Below are positions 24,858 to 38,823 of a DNA stretch of 64,000 nt, in pieces. Made by a program: the position numbers and the translations under genes. The DNA comes from Hormiphora californensis (Eukaryota > Animalia > Ctenophora). The stretch spans positions 3,844,001 to 3,908,000 of the forward strand of contig CM035356.1 of the NCBI GenBank assembly GCA_020137815.1. Reading direction: 5' to 3'. Positions within the stretch are counted from its first letter, which is position 1. Every line of letters starts with the position of its first letter. A model generated the notes under the pieces. That model did no database searches. It saw only the letters and a list, made by a program, of their open reading frames with translations, and was not told the DNA's origin.

Positions 24858-27852
24858 TTAAGTGTTTACACTATTTATATTCAGGCCGATGTTGGCCGCC
24901 ACCCCCCCCCCCCCCTACAAAATCTGATCTGCAGTGCTTCACTTTTTTGAAACTGATTTCTGACTTCTCAGAAAACTTGAAAAGCGCTGCCTTATGGCTT
25001 ATCCCTCGAAAAGCGCTGCCTTATCCCGCCAGCAACGTTTACCAACCTTATCCCGCGCTGCCAGCAGCGTTTGCCAATGATAAAACCGGTCAATCATGGC
25101 CAGCGTTAAAATCTGGGTGTTCCTGACAAACGGGTTTTTTAGGGTTATGGCTAAAGTGGGGTTAGGGTTAGGGCTGGGGTTTGGGTTGAGGTTAGGCCTT
25201 GACATTTTCTACCATCCTAATCTCTAAGAAACTTTCACACATTGACCCACCTGAAGAAACTTTCACACATTGACCCACCTGATCTCTAAGAAACTTTCCC
25301 ACTTTGATCCACCTGATCTCTAAGGAACTTTCCCACTTTGACCCACCTGATCTCTAAGAAACTTTCACACTTTGACCCACCTGATCTCTAAGAAACTTTG
25401 CCACTTTGACCCACCTGATCTCTAAGAAACTTTGCCACTTTGACCCACCTGATCTCTAAGAAACTTTCACACATTGACCCACCTGATCTCTAAGAAACTT
25501 TTTCACTTTGACCCACCTGATCTCAAAGAAACTTTCCCAATTTGACCCACCTGATCTCTAAGAAACTTTTTCACTTTGACCCACCTGATCTCTAAGAAAC
25601 TTTTTCACTTTGACCCACCTGATCTCTAAGAAACTTTCACACTTTGACCCACCTGATCTCTAAGAAACTTTCCCACTTTGACCCACCTGATCTCTAAGAA
25701 ACTTTCCCACTTTGACCCACCTGATCTCTAAGAAACTTTCACACTTTGACCCACCTGATCTCTAAGAAACTTTCCATCTTTGACCCACCTGATCTCTAAG
25801 AAACTTGTCCCCTTTGACCTCCTAATCTCTAAGAAAATTTCCCACTTTGACCTCCTGATCTCTAAGAAACTTTTTTTTCTTCGACCCACCTGATCTCTAA
25901 GAAACTTTCCCACTTTGACCCATCTGATCTCTAAGAAACTTGTCCCCTTTGACCTCCTAATCTCTAAAAAAATTTCCCACTTTAACCTCCTGATATCTAA
26001 GAAACTTTTTCACTTTGACCCACCTGATCTCTAAGAAACTTTCACACTTTGACCCACCTGATCTCTAAGAAACTTTCCCACTTTGTCCCACCTGATCTCT
26101 AAGAAACTTTCCCACTTTGACCCACCTGATCTCTAAGAAACTTTTTCACTTTGACCCACCTGATCTCTAAGAAACTTTCACACATTGACCCACCTGATCT
26201 CTAAGAAACTTTCACACTTTGACCCACCTGATCTCTAAGAAACTTTCCCAATTTGACCCACCTGATCTCTAAGAAACTTTTTCACTTTGACCCACCTGAT
26301 CTCTAAGAAACTTTCACAATTTGACCCACCTGATCTCTAAGAAACTTTCACACTTTGACCCACCTGATCTATAAGAAACTTTCACACTTTGACCCACCTG
26401 ATCTCTAAGAAACTTTCACACATTGACCCACGTGATCTCTAAGAAACTTTCACACTTTGACCCACCTGATCTCTAAGAAACTTTCCCACTTTGACCCACC
26501 TGATCTCTAAGAAACTTTTTCACTTTGACCCACCTGATCTCTAAGAAACTTGTCCCCTTTGGCCTCTTAATCTCTAAGAAAATTTCCCACTTTGACCTCC
26601 TGATCTCTAAGAAACTTTTTCACTTTGACCCACCTGATCTCTAAGAAACTTTCACACTTTGACCCACCTGATCTCTAAGAAACTTTCCCACTTTGACCCA
26701 CCTGATCTCTAAGAAACTTTCCCACTTTGACCCATCTGATCTCTAAGAAACTTTTTCACTTTGACCCACCTGATCTCTAAGAAGCTTTCCCACTTTAACC
26801 CACCTGATCTCTAAGAGACTTTTTCACTTTGACCCACCTGATCTCTAAGAAACTTTCACACTTTGACCCACCTGATCTCTAAGAAACGTTCCCACTTTGA
26901 CCCACCTGATCTCTAAGAAACTTTTTACTTTGACCCACCTGATCTCTCAGAAACTTTCACACTTTGACCCACCTGATCTCTAAGAAACTTTTTCACTTTG
27001 ACCAACCTGATCTCTAAGAAACTTTCCCACTTTGACCCACCTGATCTCTAAGAAACTTTCACACTTTGACCCACCTGATCTCTAAGAAACTTTCATACTT
27101 TGACCCACCTGATCTCTAAGAAACTTTCACACTTTGACCCACCTGATCTCTAAGAAACTTTCCCACTTTGACCCACCTGATCTCTAAGAAACTTTTTCAC
27201 TTTGACCCACCTGATCTCTAAGAAACTTGTCCCCTTTGACCTCCTAATCTCTAAGAAAATTTCCCACTTTGACCTCCTGATCTCTAAGAAACTTTTTCAC
27301 CGTGACCCGCCTGATCTCTAAGAAACTTTCCCACTTTGACCCACCTGATATCTAAGAAACTTTTTCACTTTGACCCACCTGATCTCTAAGAAACTTTCAC
27401 ATATTGACCAACCTGATCTCTAAGAAACTTTCCCACTTTGACCCACCTGATCTCTAAGAAACTTTCACACTTTGACCCACCTGATCTCTAAGAAACTTGT
27501 CCCCTTTGACCTCCTAATCTCTAAGAAAATTTCCCATTTTGACCTCCTGATCTCTAAGAAACTTTTTCACTTTCACCCACCTGATCTCTAAGAAACTTTC
27601 ACACTTTGACCCACCTGATCTCTAAGAAACTTTCCCACTTTGTCCCACCTGATCTCTAAGAAACTTTTTACTTTGACCCACCTGATCTCTCAGAAACTTT
27701 CACACTTTGACCCACCTGATCTCTAAGAAACTTTTTCACTTTGACCAACCTGATCTCTAAGAAACTTTCCCACTTTGACCCACCTGATCTCTAAGAAACT
27801 TTTTCACTTTGACCCACCTGATCTCTAAGAAACTTGTCCCCTTTGGCCTCTT

Positions 27853-30800
27853 TGTGCCACTCTGCGATGCAGTGTGTCACATATACCGCGTTAGTTAGTG
27901 AGATGTGAAAAACTCAATATAGCTGAGTTCTCTTCGGACTTCTAGAGTTCTGTTCTGACCTCAACAACTGACAGTTCTCCTCTATCTCTGCTCATATTAC
28001 TATACAGTAGCTTACAAATGTTAAGTGTGAGTTCATGTGAGATAGACCTTTTACTTTGACCCAAAACAAAACCTTGTGCTTGAATTACTTTGTACTTTGT
28101 CTCATGAACCATGTCTGACCACGTACCGCCCCCCAATCCAACCACTACAAATGGTGGCTTCGGTGGGATTGTCAATGATGATCCTACCCCAACCAGTGTT
28201 GTTGACAGAGCAACACCTACAGATGCAGTGCTTGATGAAATGATGCCCGGAGAAGGAATAGGTGGGATTAATGATCGAACCACTGACACTACTGAGTTCG
28301 AAGACACTGGATATGGCACCCCGACTGTTCCACAGAAAGTGGAGTCAGCCTACGAAATAGTCAAGATGAAGGACACATCCATTACAATCCGTGTTAAAAC
28401 TCACTCCAACGATGTTGAAGTTTCGGCTGTGCAATCAAGATGCCAAATTTGCAACACACCCTGTCCCTGTTGTAGCAACAGAACTTCATTTAACCAGGGA
28501 ACGCCGAAACCAGGAAGACGAGCTAGACGACAGAAAACCAATATGAGATGTTGGTTCTGTAACAAGCCAGGTCATCTGATGCGTGATTGCTACAGTTATA
28601 AGAACATGAATAACAACCGCAACACGGGAAACAGTTCTACGATTGAATCTCCAAACTAGCTGAGTCCTCTAAAAAAGGATAGAAAGTACGACACGTACTA
28701 CTCGGGACATGATCCATGAAACCACTGTGAAATATTTATCACTAAGCCATGTTTGCAGCCTGCAAAGTTCAGTGCTTAGCTACCGTGTTACAGCCGGGAT
28801 TTACCAGTTGTGAACATCTGTTTTTAGAAGTAAGGATGACGAAACATTGTCACTTTGAATTTTATTTGTGCTGTCTCAACCTCGAGATGATTTCCCATCA
28901 TCTGATGACGTGATACACGTCTCTATCTCTATCTGTACGTGTATTTGAACTTGTGTGTACAATGCAAAAGTTGCAGCTGTACCTACTGTGTAAATTTTGC
29001 CGAACCGTCAAATATACACACTTTGTACTGTAACTCTCAAGTGACAAGTGAACAGAGTGTTACTTAGACAGTTGCCGAACCGGATCTCTGAATAGTAAAA
29101 CTATTTAAAACTGTCCTTTTCCCTTGATCCATGGGACCTCTCGAAGTGATACTGTGACGACTGATAGTGTTAATCAATGATCATACATTTCATTGGTGGT
29201 GCAGCCTTACAACTGGTGTTTGTTCTCTTCCTAAAATGTGAATAATTTACACTAACGGCGATGTTTAGTTGAATAGAACCGAACTGGTATCGGTAATATA
29301 TACGACTTGTATACAGGTAACTTGTATCATAATCGTACAAATGAAAATGACTGGTTTCTCGATCCAGTTCTCAAGAGAGAACTAAAAGTTCCCATTACTT
29401 AGTGGTGAGTGTCTCACTCTCCTGTAAACTCGTGTAAATGGCAGGGTTTATCATGAATGTGACTACACATTGGCTTGGAAAAGTGATAAGAAGTATACTT
29501 CTTGTCATGTTGATATTATCCGATTGTGGATATTCTATCCAGTCGAGATCTGCAGTAACGCTGCAGGGTTTGTTGTGCTCTGTTAGTAGCTACAGAGCCA
29601 ATGTCTATTTGAATCACTGTAGACCATGAAAATATTTGTTTGAGCAACCTGCTCAATTCTTGGCAATACTAGATGCTTTTGTGACCTATGTTGTCGAACG
29701 GAGTTCCTCAAACTTTTAGTTTGTACATGTATGGACTTTATTCAGCTGCAAAGCAGTTATTTTAGATGGGAAAATACGGCTGTAATTAAATACAGTTGTG
29801 TTTAGCTGCTACCCGCGTAGTATGCAGTTTTGTGGTGAATCTAGATGGGTGAATCTAGATGTATGAAATCTTTTAGTTGTGTCCTACTGCTAAGAGAGCG
29901 GTATATAGACACCTCTGACTCAGAGAACCTCTGAGATGTGATTTGGGGGGCCCAGATCATTCCTTTAGATCGTAGCTGTGCTAGTTGCTACTGAATTTGT
30001 AGGATGCCATCCTACTTGGACCACCTGAAGTTTGGTGATGACGGCGGGATACGGCTGAACTAGCTATGTTTATCCCAGAATATTCGATACAATGAGTTGA
30101 CAGATACTGTCAATAACATTGGTACTTAGTATGAACTTCTACGACACCTCGTGCTTGTTTCCGACGCCAGTCGAAACACGTGATAACGACTTTCTCAGAA
30201 AGTCTTTCTGCTTTCAACTCAGTTGAATGTTCTCAACACCTGATGGAAAATCTGTCGGTGTCAGAGATGAGAAACTCTCTCAAAAGGTGTTGAGATGGAT
30301 AAGTTCCTGTGAGATGCAATGGACGGACAATAGAGAAGATATAAGAAGAGGAAAATTCCTGCGGGATAAAATGACCGTGAAACACGATGACAACCCCGTT
30401 TTTGTAAAAATGGGTGGGACAGCTTCGAACAAGCTGTAAGGAACTTGCTGACACGTGAATCTAAATGAAGTTTTAGAAACGCTGTAAAAGAGTCACTGGC
30501 TGCTGAGGGACAGGCTAATAACTTTCTGAGGAGGGGAAGATGTGTAATGAGTCAACAAAATATGTATGAAATGGGTCAACGAAAAAAATGAATGAAACGA
30601 ATTATGAAACGAATGAAACGAATTATGAATTATGGATGAATATGAATGATACGGAATGATATGAATGAATGATACTAAAGCGTACGTACGAGCTGGTGTA
30701 GCTAATGTAGTGCACCAGTAGGGCGAGTGAGATGTGATTCCTTGGTGGTGTTGATCTTCTGGTGGCTGCTGAGACCCGCAACTCTAGGTGGTCACTGTGG

Positions 30801-31334
30801 ATCATATGCGGGCACTTCTTTGGACATCCAGATGACTTATCCCTTTGAATGAATGACACAAGATCCCTCTCCTGATTACCCTACGTTCCTGTTTCTCCAA
30901 TGTTGAATGAACTGTAGCTATAAAGTGATATGTACTGATTATAGAAGGACTTTATGATGATATTTCTAGGACAATATTATTAGAGACAATGCAAGTTCCT
31001 GCCCCATGATTTACTTCTCTTGCAAGGAGGGGAAGTGTGTGCCACTCTGCGATGCAGTGTGTCACATATACCGCGTTAGTTAGTGAGATGTGAAAAACTC
31101 CCTATAGCTGAGTTCTCTTCGGACTTCTAGAGTTCTGTTCTGACCTCAACAACTGACAGTTCTCCTCTATCTCTGCTCATATTACTATACAGTAGCTTAC
31201 AAATGTTAAGTGTGAGTTCATGTGAGATAGACCTTTTACTTTGACCCAAAACAAAACCTTGTGCTTGAATTACTTTGTACTTTGTCTCATGAACCATGTC
31301 TGACCACGTACCGCCCCCCAATCCAACCACTACA
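27853..31334 (+). mobile_element. Non-autonomous LTR retrotransposon (gypsy-like, no pol)
   Basis: 297-bp TG...CA LTRs at 27853-28149 and 31038-31334 (2 differences noticed). 4-bp TSD TCTT; intact satellite site ggccTCTTaatc at ~26561. PBS-like TGGTGGC at ~28152. PPT AAGGAGGGGAAG at 31024-31035. Confidence 0.88.
28111..28659 (+). CDS. Short Gag-like ORF with CCHC zinc knuckle
   Basis: 182 aa containing CWFCNKPGHLMRDC; the ATG lies inside the 5' LTR. Confidence 0.65.
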   Translation: MSDHVPPPNPTTTNGGFGGIVNDDPTPTSVVDRATPTDAVLDEMMPGEGIGGINDRTTDTTEFEDTGYGTPTVPQKVESAYEIVKMKDTSITIRVKTHSNDVEVSAVQSRCQICNTPCPCCSNRTSFNQGTPKPGRRARRQKTNMRCWFCNKPGHLMRDCYSYKNMNNNRNTGNSSTIESPN

Positions 31335-32034
31335 TCTTAATCTCTAAGAAAATTTCCCACTTTGACCTCCTGATCTCTAAGAAACTTTTTCACTTTGACC
31401 CACCTGATCTCTAAGAAACTTTCACACTTTGACCCACCTGATCTCTAAGAAACTTTCCCACTTTGACCCACCTGATCTCTAAGAAACTTTCCCACTTTGA
31501 CCCATCTGATCTCTAAGAAACTTTTTCACTTTGACCCACCTGATCTCTAAGAAGCTTTCCCACTTTAACCCACCTGATCTCTAAGAGACTTTTTCACTTT
31601 GACCCACCTGATCTCTAAGAAACTTTCACACTTTGACCCACCTGATCTCTAAGAAACGTTCCCACTTTGACCCACCTGATCTCTAAGAAACTTTTTACTT
31701 TGACCCACCTGATCTCTCAGAAACTTTCACACTTTGACCCACCTGATCTCTAAGAAACTTTTTCACTTTGACCAACCTGATCTCTAAGAAACTTTCCCAC
31801 TTTGACCCACCTGATCTCTAAGAAACTTTCACACTTTGACCCACCTGATCTCTAAGAAACTTTCATACTTTGACCCACCTGATCTCTAAGAAACTTTCAC
31901 ACTTTGACCCACCTGATCTCTAAGAAACTTTCCCACTTTGACCCACCTGATCTCTAAGAAACTTTTTCACTTTGACCCACCTGATCTCTAAGAAACTTGT
32001 CCCCTTTGACCTCCTAATCTCTAAGAAACTTAGA

Positions 32035-34343
32035 GATGTTTAGTTGAATAGAACCGAACTGGTATCGGTAATATATACGACTTGTATACAGGTAACTTGT
32101 ATCATAATCGTACAAATGAAAATGACTGGTTTCTCGATCCAGTTCTCAAGAGAGAACTAAAAGTTCCCATTACTTAGTGGTGAGTGTCTCACTCTCCTGT
32201 AAACTCGTGTAAATGGCAGGGTTTATCATGAATGTGACTACACATTGGCTTGGAAAAGTGATAAGAAGTATACTTCTTGTCATGTTGATATTATCCGATT
32301 GTGGATATTCTATCCAGTCGAGATCTGCAGTAACGCTGCAGGGTTTGTTGTGCTCTGTTAGTAGCTACAGAGCCAATGTCTATTTGAATCACTGTAGACC
32401 ATGAAAATATTTGTTTGAGCAACCTGCTCAATTCTTGGCAATACTAGATGCTTTTGTGACCTATGTTGTCGAACGGAGTTCCTCAAACTTTTAGTTTGTA
32501 CATGTATGGACTTTATTCAGCTGCAAAGCAGTTATTTTAGATGGGAAAATACGGCTGTAATTAAATACAGTTGTGTTTAGCTGCTACCCGCGTAGTATGC
32601 AGTTTTGTGGTGAATCTAGATGGGTGAATCTAGATGTATGAAATCTTTTAGTTGTGTCCTACTGCTAAGAGAGCGGTATATAGACACCTCTGACTCAGAG
32701 AACCTCTGAGATGTGATTTGGGGGGCCCAGATCATTCCTTTAGATCGTAGCTGTGCTAGTTGCTACTGAATTTGTAGGATGCCATCCTACTTGGACCACC
32801 TGAAGTTTGGTGATGACGGCGGGATACGGCTGAACTAGCTATGTTTATCCCAGAATATTCGATACAATGAGTTGACAGATACTGTCAATAACATTGGTAC
32901 TTAGTATGAACTTCTACGACACCTCGTGCTTGTTTCCGACGCCAGTCGAAACACGTGATAACGACTTTCTCAGAAAGTCTTTCTGCTTTCAACTCAGTTG
33001 AATGTTCTCAACACCTGATGGAAAATCTGTCGGTGTCAGAGATGAGAAACTCTCTCAAAAGGTGTTGAGATGGATAAGTTCCTGTGAGATGCAATGGACG
33101 GACAATAGAGAAGATATAAGAAGAGGAAAATTCCTGCGGGATAAAATGACCGTGAAACACGATGACAACCCCGTTTTTGTAAAAATGGGTGGGACAGCTT
33201 CGAACAAGCTGTAAGGAACTTGCTGACACGTGAATCTAAATGAAGTTTTAGAAACGCTGTAAAAGAGTCACTGGCTGCTGAGGGACAGGCTAATAACTTT
33301 CTGAGGAGGGGAAGATGTGTAATGAGTCAACAAAATATGTATGAAATGGGTCAACGAAAAAAATGAATGAAACGAATTATGAAACGAATGAAACGAATTA
33401 TGAATTATGGATGAATATGAATGATACGGAATGATATGAATGAATGATACTAAAGCGTACGTACGAGCTGGTGTAGCTAATGTAGTGCACCAGTAGGGCG
33501 AGTGAGATGTGATTCCTTGGTGGTGTTGATCTTCTGGTGGCTGCTGAGACCCGCAACTCTAGGTGGTCACTGTGGATCATATGCGGGCACTTCTTTGGAC
33601 ATCCAGATGACTTATCCCTTTGAATGAATGACACAAGATCCCTCTCCTGATTACCCTACGTTCCTGTTTCTCCAATGTTGAATGAACTGTAGCTATAAAG
33701 TGATATGTACTGATTATAGAAGGACTTTATGATGATATTTCTAGGACAATATTATTAGAGACAATGCAAGTTCCTGCCCCATGATTTACTTCTCTTGCAA
33801 GGAGGGGAAGTGTGTGCCACTCTGCGATGCAGTGTGTCACATATACCGCGTTAGTTAGTGAGATGTGAAAAACTCCCTATAGCTGAGTTCTCTTCGGACT
33901 TCTAGAGTTCTGTTCTGACCTCAACAACTGACAGTTCTCCTCTATCTCTGCTCATATTACTATACAGTAGCTTACAAATGTTAAGTGTGAGTTCATGTGA
34001 GATAGACCTTTTACTTTGACCCAAAACAAAACCTTGTGCTTGAATTACTTTGTACTTTGTCTCATGAACCATGTCTGACCACGTACCGCCCCCCAATCCA
34101 ACCACTACATCTTAATCTCTAAGAAAATTTCCCACTTTGACCTCCTGATCTCTAAGAAACTTTTTCACTTTGACCCACCTGATCTCTAAGAAACTTTCAC
34201 ACTTTGACCCACCTGATCTCTAAGAAACTTTCCCACTTTGACCCACCTGATCTCTAAGAAACTTTCCCACTTTGACCCATCTGATCTCTAAGAAACTTTT
34301 TCACTTTGACCCACCTGATCTCTAAGAAGCTTTCCCACTTTAA
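32035..34343 (+). repeat. Direct duplicate of ~29260-31568 (3' half of the LTR element, 3' LTR and satellite), offset 2775 bp
   Basis: Identical ORF calls offset by 2775 (29438/32213, 30227/33002, 31127/33902). Confidence 0.92.
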
Positions 34344-35733
34344 GGGTACGCTAACCAAAATTTTTTTTCGAGTGCAGGGAAATCTCTCACCGTAGGGTTG
34401 TAGGCCATGCCAAGGAGACCTCAAATATGCAATTTGAGCTCTCAAGTCGAATTCATATTTTTGCTACAGCTGCTTGAAAAATGAACTGAAAATAAGTTTT
34501 TGGCATCTTAAAAATACATTTGTAAAGATAGGATCATAAAAATTTGTGGATTTGAAGAGGACAAAGAGGTGAGTAGCCACAAAAAATGTTTTTGAAATCC
34601 GAGCTGATTTCCGGTCCTGAGATGGATTTCTTTTTTTTTACTTTAACGCCATATTTGGCCAAGTTCCGAAAATATGTGAAAGCTGTAAATTGGTCAAAAG
34701 TTGCGTCTAACGATTCTCCATATGGCCATAAATTTTGGGCGCGTCCTTATTTGAGATAAGCTGTACAGAGGTTTTTTTGTGAAAGCCGTCATTTCAGAAA
34801 TAAATAAATTCCCTGTATCTCAAAAACGACTGATCGTAGAGACCTGAGACTATGCTTAAACGATTCAGAAGGTCCGATTTTGGGGGGGTCTTCTGAGAGA
34901 CATTTTGCTCCTACTTCAACCGTTTTTGCTGTAATTGCGAAAAACAAAAATCCATCTTCGCCATCGTGGATTTTTTGTGATTTTGTTTTTGGTGATTATA
35001 GGGACCCATATGGACCAAATAGTGAAGAAAGTAGCTTGTTACACATTTTTCCATAGTTTCGGTCCTTTCTTAGCTAAAATTCCCTAATTACAGGATATTG
35101 GATTTTAGCTTTTGCCCTTTTCATAGAATTTGTTTTTCGCAATTACAGCAAAAACGGTTGAAGTAAGAGCAAAATGTCTCTCAGAAGACCCCCCCAAAAT
35201 CGGACCTTCTGAATCGTTTAAGCATAGTCTCAGGTCTCTACGATCAGTCGTTTTTGAGATACAGGGAATTTATTTATTTCTAAAATGACGGCTTTCACAA
35301 AAAAACCTCTGTACAGCGTATCTCAAATAAGGACACGCCCAAAATTTATGGCCACTTAGATAATCGTTAGACGCAACTTTTCACCAATTTACAGCTTTCA
35401 CATGTTTTCGGAACTTTGCCAAATAGGGCGTTAAAGTGGAAAAAAAGAAATCCATCTCAGGACCGGAAATCAGCTCGGATTGCAAAAAAAATTTTTGTGG
35501 TTATTCACCTTCATGTCCTCTTCAAATCCCCAAATTTTCATGCTCCTATCTTTAAAATAATTTTTTTGAGATGCCAAAAACGTATTTACAGGACATTTTT
35601 TAAACAGCTGTAGCAAAAATATGAATTCGACTTAAGGGCTAAAATTGCATATTTGAGGTCTCCTTGGCATGGCCTACAACCCTACGGTGAGAGATTTCCC
35701 TGCACTCGAAAAAAAATTTTGGTTAGCGTACCC
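34344..35733. mobile_element. 1390-bp fold-back DNA transposon, Kolobok-like
   Basis: TTAA|GGGTACGCTAACC...GGTTAGCGTACCC|TTAA; imperfect arms of ~600 bp. The empty site cactTTAAcccacc is present at ~26796 and ~31565. Confidence 0.9.
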
Positions 35734-38187
35734 TTAACCCACCTGATCTCTAAGAGACTTTTTCACTTTGACCCACCTGATCTCTAAGAAACTTTCACAC
35801 TTTGACCCACCTGATCTCTAAGAAACGTTCCCACTTTGACCCACCTGATCTCTAAGAAACTTTTTACTTTGACCCACCTGATCTCTCAGAAACTTTCACA
35901 CTTTGACCCACCTGATCTCTAAGAAACTTTTTCACTTTGACCAACCTGATCTCTAAGAAACTTTCCCACTTTGACCCACCTGATCTCTAAGAAACTTTCA
36001 CACTTTGACCCACCTGATCTCTAAGAAACTTTCATACTTTGACCCACCTGATCTCTAAGAAACTTTCACACTTTGACCCACCTGATCTCTAAGAAACTTT
36101 CCCACTTTGACCCACCTGATCTCTAAGAAACTTTTTCACTTTGACCCACCTGATCTCTAAGAAACTTGTCCCCTTTGACCTCCTAATCTCTAAGAAAATT
36201 TCCCACTTTGACCTCCTGATCTCTAAGAAACTTTTTCACCGTGACCCGCCTGATCTCTAAGAAACTTTCCCACTTTGACCCACCTGATATCTAAGAAACT
36301 TTTTCACTTTGACCCACCTGATCTCTAAGAAACTTTCACATATTGACCAACCTGATCTCTAAGAAACTTTCCCACTTTGACCCACCTGATCTCTAAGAAA
36401 CTTTCACACTTTGACCCACCTGATCTCTAAGAAACTTGTCCCCTTTGACCTCCTAATCTCTAAGAAAATTTCCCATTTTGACCTCCTGATCTCTAAGAAA
36501 CTTTTTCACTTTCACCCACCTGATCTCTAAGAAACTTTCACACTTTGACCCACCTGATCTCTAAAAAACTTTCCCACTTTGTCCCACCTGATCTCTAAGA
36601 AACTTTCCCACTTTGACCCACCTGATCTCTAAGAAACTTTTTCACTTTGACCCACCTGATCTCTAAGAAACTTTCACACTTTGACCCACCTGATCTCTAA
36701 GAAACTTTCACAATTTGACCCACCTGATCTCTAAGAAACTTTCCCACTTTGTCCCACCTGATCTCTAAGAAACTTTCACACTTTGACCCACCTGATCTCT
36801 CAGAAACTTTCACACTTTGACCCACCTGATCTCTAAGAAACTTTCACACATTGACCCACCTGTTTACATGTGCCCTAACCCTGAATAACCGTTTAGCGGC
36901 ACTCAAGAAACACCCAGATTTTAACGCTGGCCCTCCATAAGGTATATCCGGCAACGTTTGTCATTTTGTCTCCTGAAAACCCTTGTTGTCAGCCTCCGTG
37001 GTCACCGAGGTTCTATCCCCAAGCGGTTTACAGACAGGAATGATTTTAATATTTTATACTTGATTAAAAACAGTGTAACGAATTAATTTATTTTAACCTT
37101 TATGTACTGATTATACTTATTGTTATATTCCAAATTATTGGGCCCGGTCAACCCGCCAGGGAGCGTCCAAAATGCATTAATCAGTGATGAGGGCTATTGT
37201 CTATTTTATTGCCGAAACGTCTGTTTTGTTATTGAAATTGTTCACCTTGTAACATCCTGAGTTTTCTATGCCTGACCAAACTTCGAATCATGATTTTGAT
37301 TTTCAAACTAAAAGGTCTACAATACAGGGACACAAACACGCGTAGATATAGACACACATAATATAGATATAAAGATAAATTTCCCTGTACAATAGAGCCA
37401 GATAGCGGAGGGCTGTAGACAGGGATCACCCCCTCAACATGCTTGAAAGGCGCTGTCTTATCCCGTGCTGCGGGGGCCAGCAGCGTTTGCCAACTTTTTG
37501 GCTAGTTTTTCCCATTTTCTTCTTTTCTTTCACCCGAAAAGTACCACCCGGCGAAGCCCTTAATTGAGGCGCACCCAATGGGTGCGCTATTAGTCAAATA
37601 AAAACTTTAACACAATTCAATTCAACAAAATATACGCCCAACACTATCGTCTCTTCTTAAAAGCGTTGGTGACGCAGTCACCCTTACAACTCGCGCGTGT
37701 AGCGCACCAACACGAAGCCCGCATAGCGGGCTGCGAGGTGACGGCGCCACCAATTAAAAGTGCAGCACACACACACGCACACGGTGGAAACCATGCAAAT
37801 CTAGTTGGTTGGTTGGTTGGTGAGAGCGGCTGGTACAGTTTGGAGCCTTTGTTATGGGATCACGGTTGACCATGGCCATGAGAGGCTTTCCGGTTTAGCG
37901 ATTTGCAAATCTAGTTGTGGTGACAGATAGAGGTCAGTTAGCTATTATATTATTATTATATGGGTGGGATAAGTTAGTAAACTTATGCCATCTCATGATA
38001 CCCAATAAACATTCTGGATATAATTGTACGATATTTTCTTTTTTGTCTCATCTTACCAAAGTCCAGCCATTTCATCAAGTCTGATGCCTATTAGTTTTAA
38101 CGTCAGAGATGATCCTAGTTTTCGTCTGTACAATAGTTAGTGGTCACTGGTCAGTGGTGGCTGATCGGCTCTAAAGCTCTTCCTTCG

Positions 38188-38263
<76 letters not shown>

Positions 38264-38503
38264 AGAGAGGAGAGAGAGAGAGAGGAGCAGAGAGAGAGAG
38301 AGAGAGGAGATGAGAGAGAGAGCAAGAGGAGAGAGAGACGAGGAGAAGAGAGAGAGAGAGCGATAGAGAGAGAGAGAGAGATAGAGCGAAGGAGAGAGAG
38401 AGAGAGAGCGAGATGTAGATAGATAGAGAGATCGAGAGAAGAATATAAGAACGCGATCTCAGAGAGAGTAGAGAGGCTATCTCTCTCTCTCTCTCTAATT
38501 CTC

Positions 38504-38585
<82 letters not shown>

Positions 38586-38823
38586 TCTTTCTTCCGACCA
38601 AGACATGCTCAATTATCTTCCTCAAAGAGTTATAATAACTTGCCGTTGTCTCTCTCTCATCTTTTATTTACTTTGTCCGTTCCTTAGTTCTCTTTGCTTC
38701 TTTGATCTCTATCCACAGACTATTTAAACTCAGTATACATCTCCATTCTCCTTATCTTGTTCGACTCTCTCTCTCTCTCCGCGAGGGTTAGAACTCAGTC
38801 TTCATCTCCATTCCCCCATAGCA

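Larger units (their letters stand above)
25218..36862. repeat. 31-bp satellite array, interrupted by an LTR element, a duplicated segment and a fold-back element
   Basis: Unit cactttgacccacctgatctctaagaaacttt(c/t), with variant blocks recurring in the same order. Confidence 0.97.

Noticed and set aside
25139-25198. Telomere or interstitial telomeric array
   Set aside because: Short and degenerate, and part of the TIR element also seen at 42551.
25218-36862. 31-bp array as a CRISPR array
   Set aside because: Units are contiguous with no unique spacers, there are no cas genes, and the context is eukaryotic.
37575-37596. Helitron 3' end (GCGCACCC-aat-GGGTGCGC then TATTAG)
   Set aside because: The terminus is not CTRR and no 5' end was found; too weak to call.
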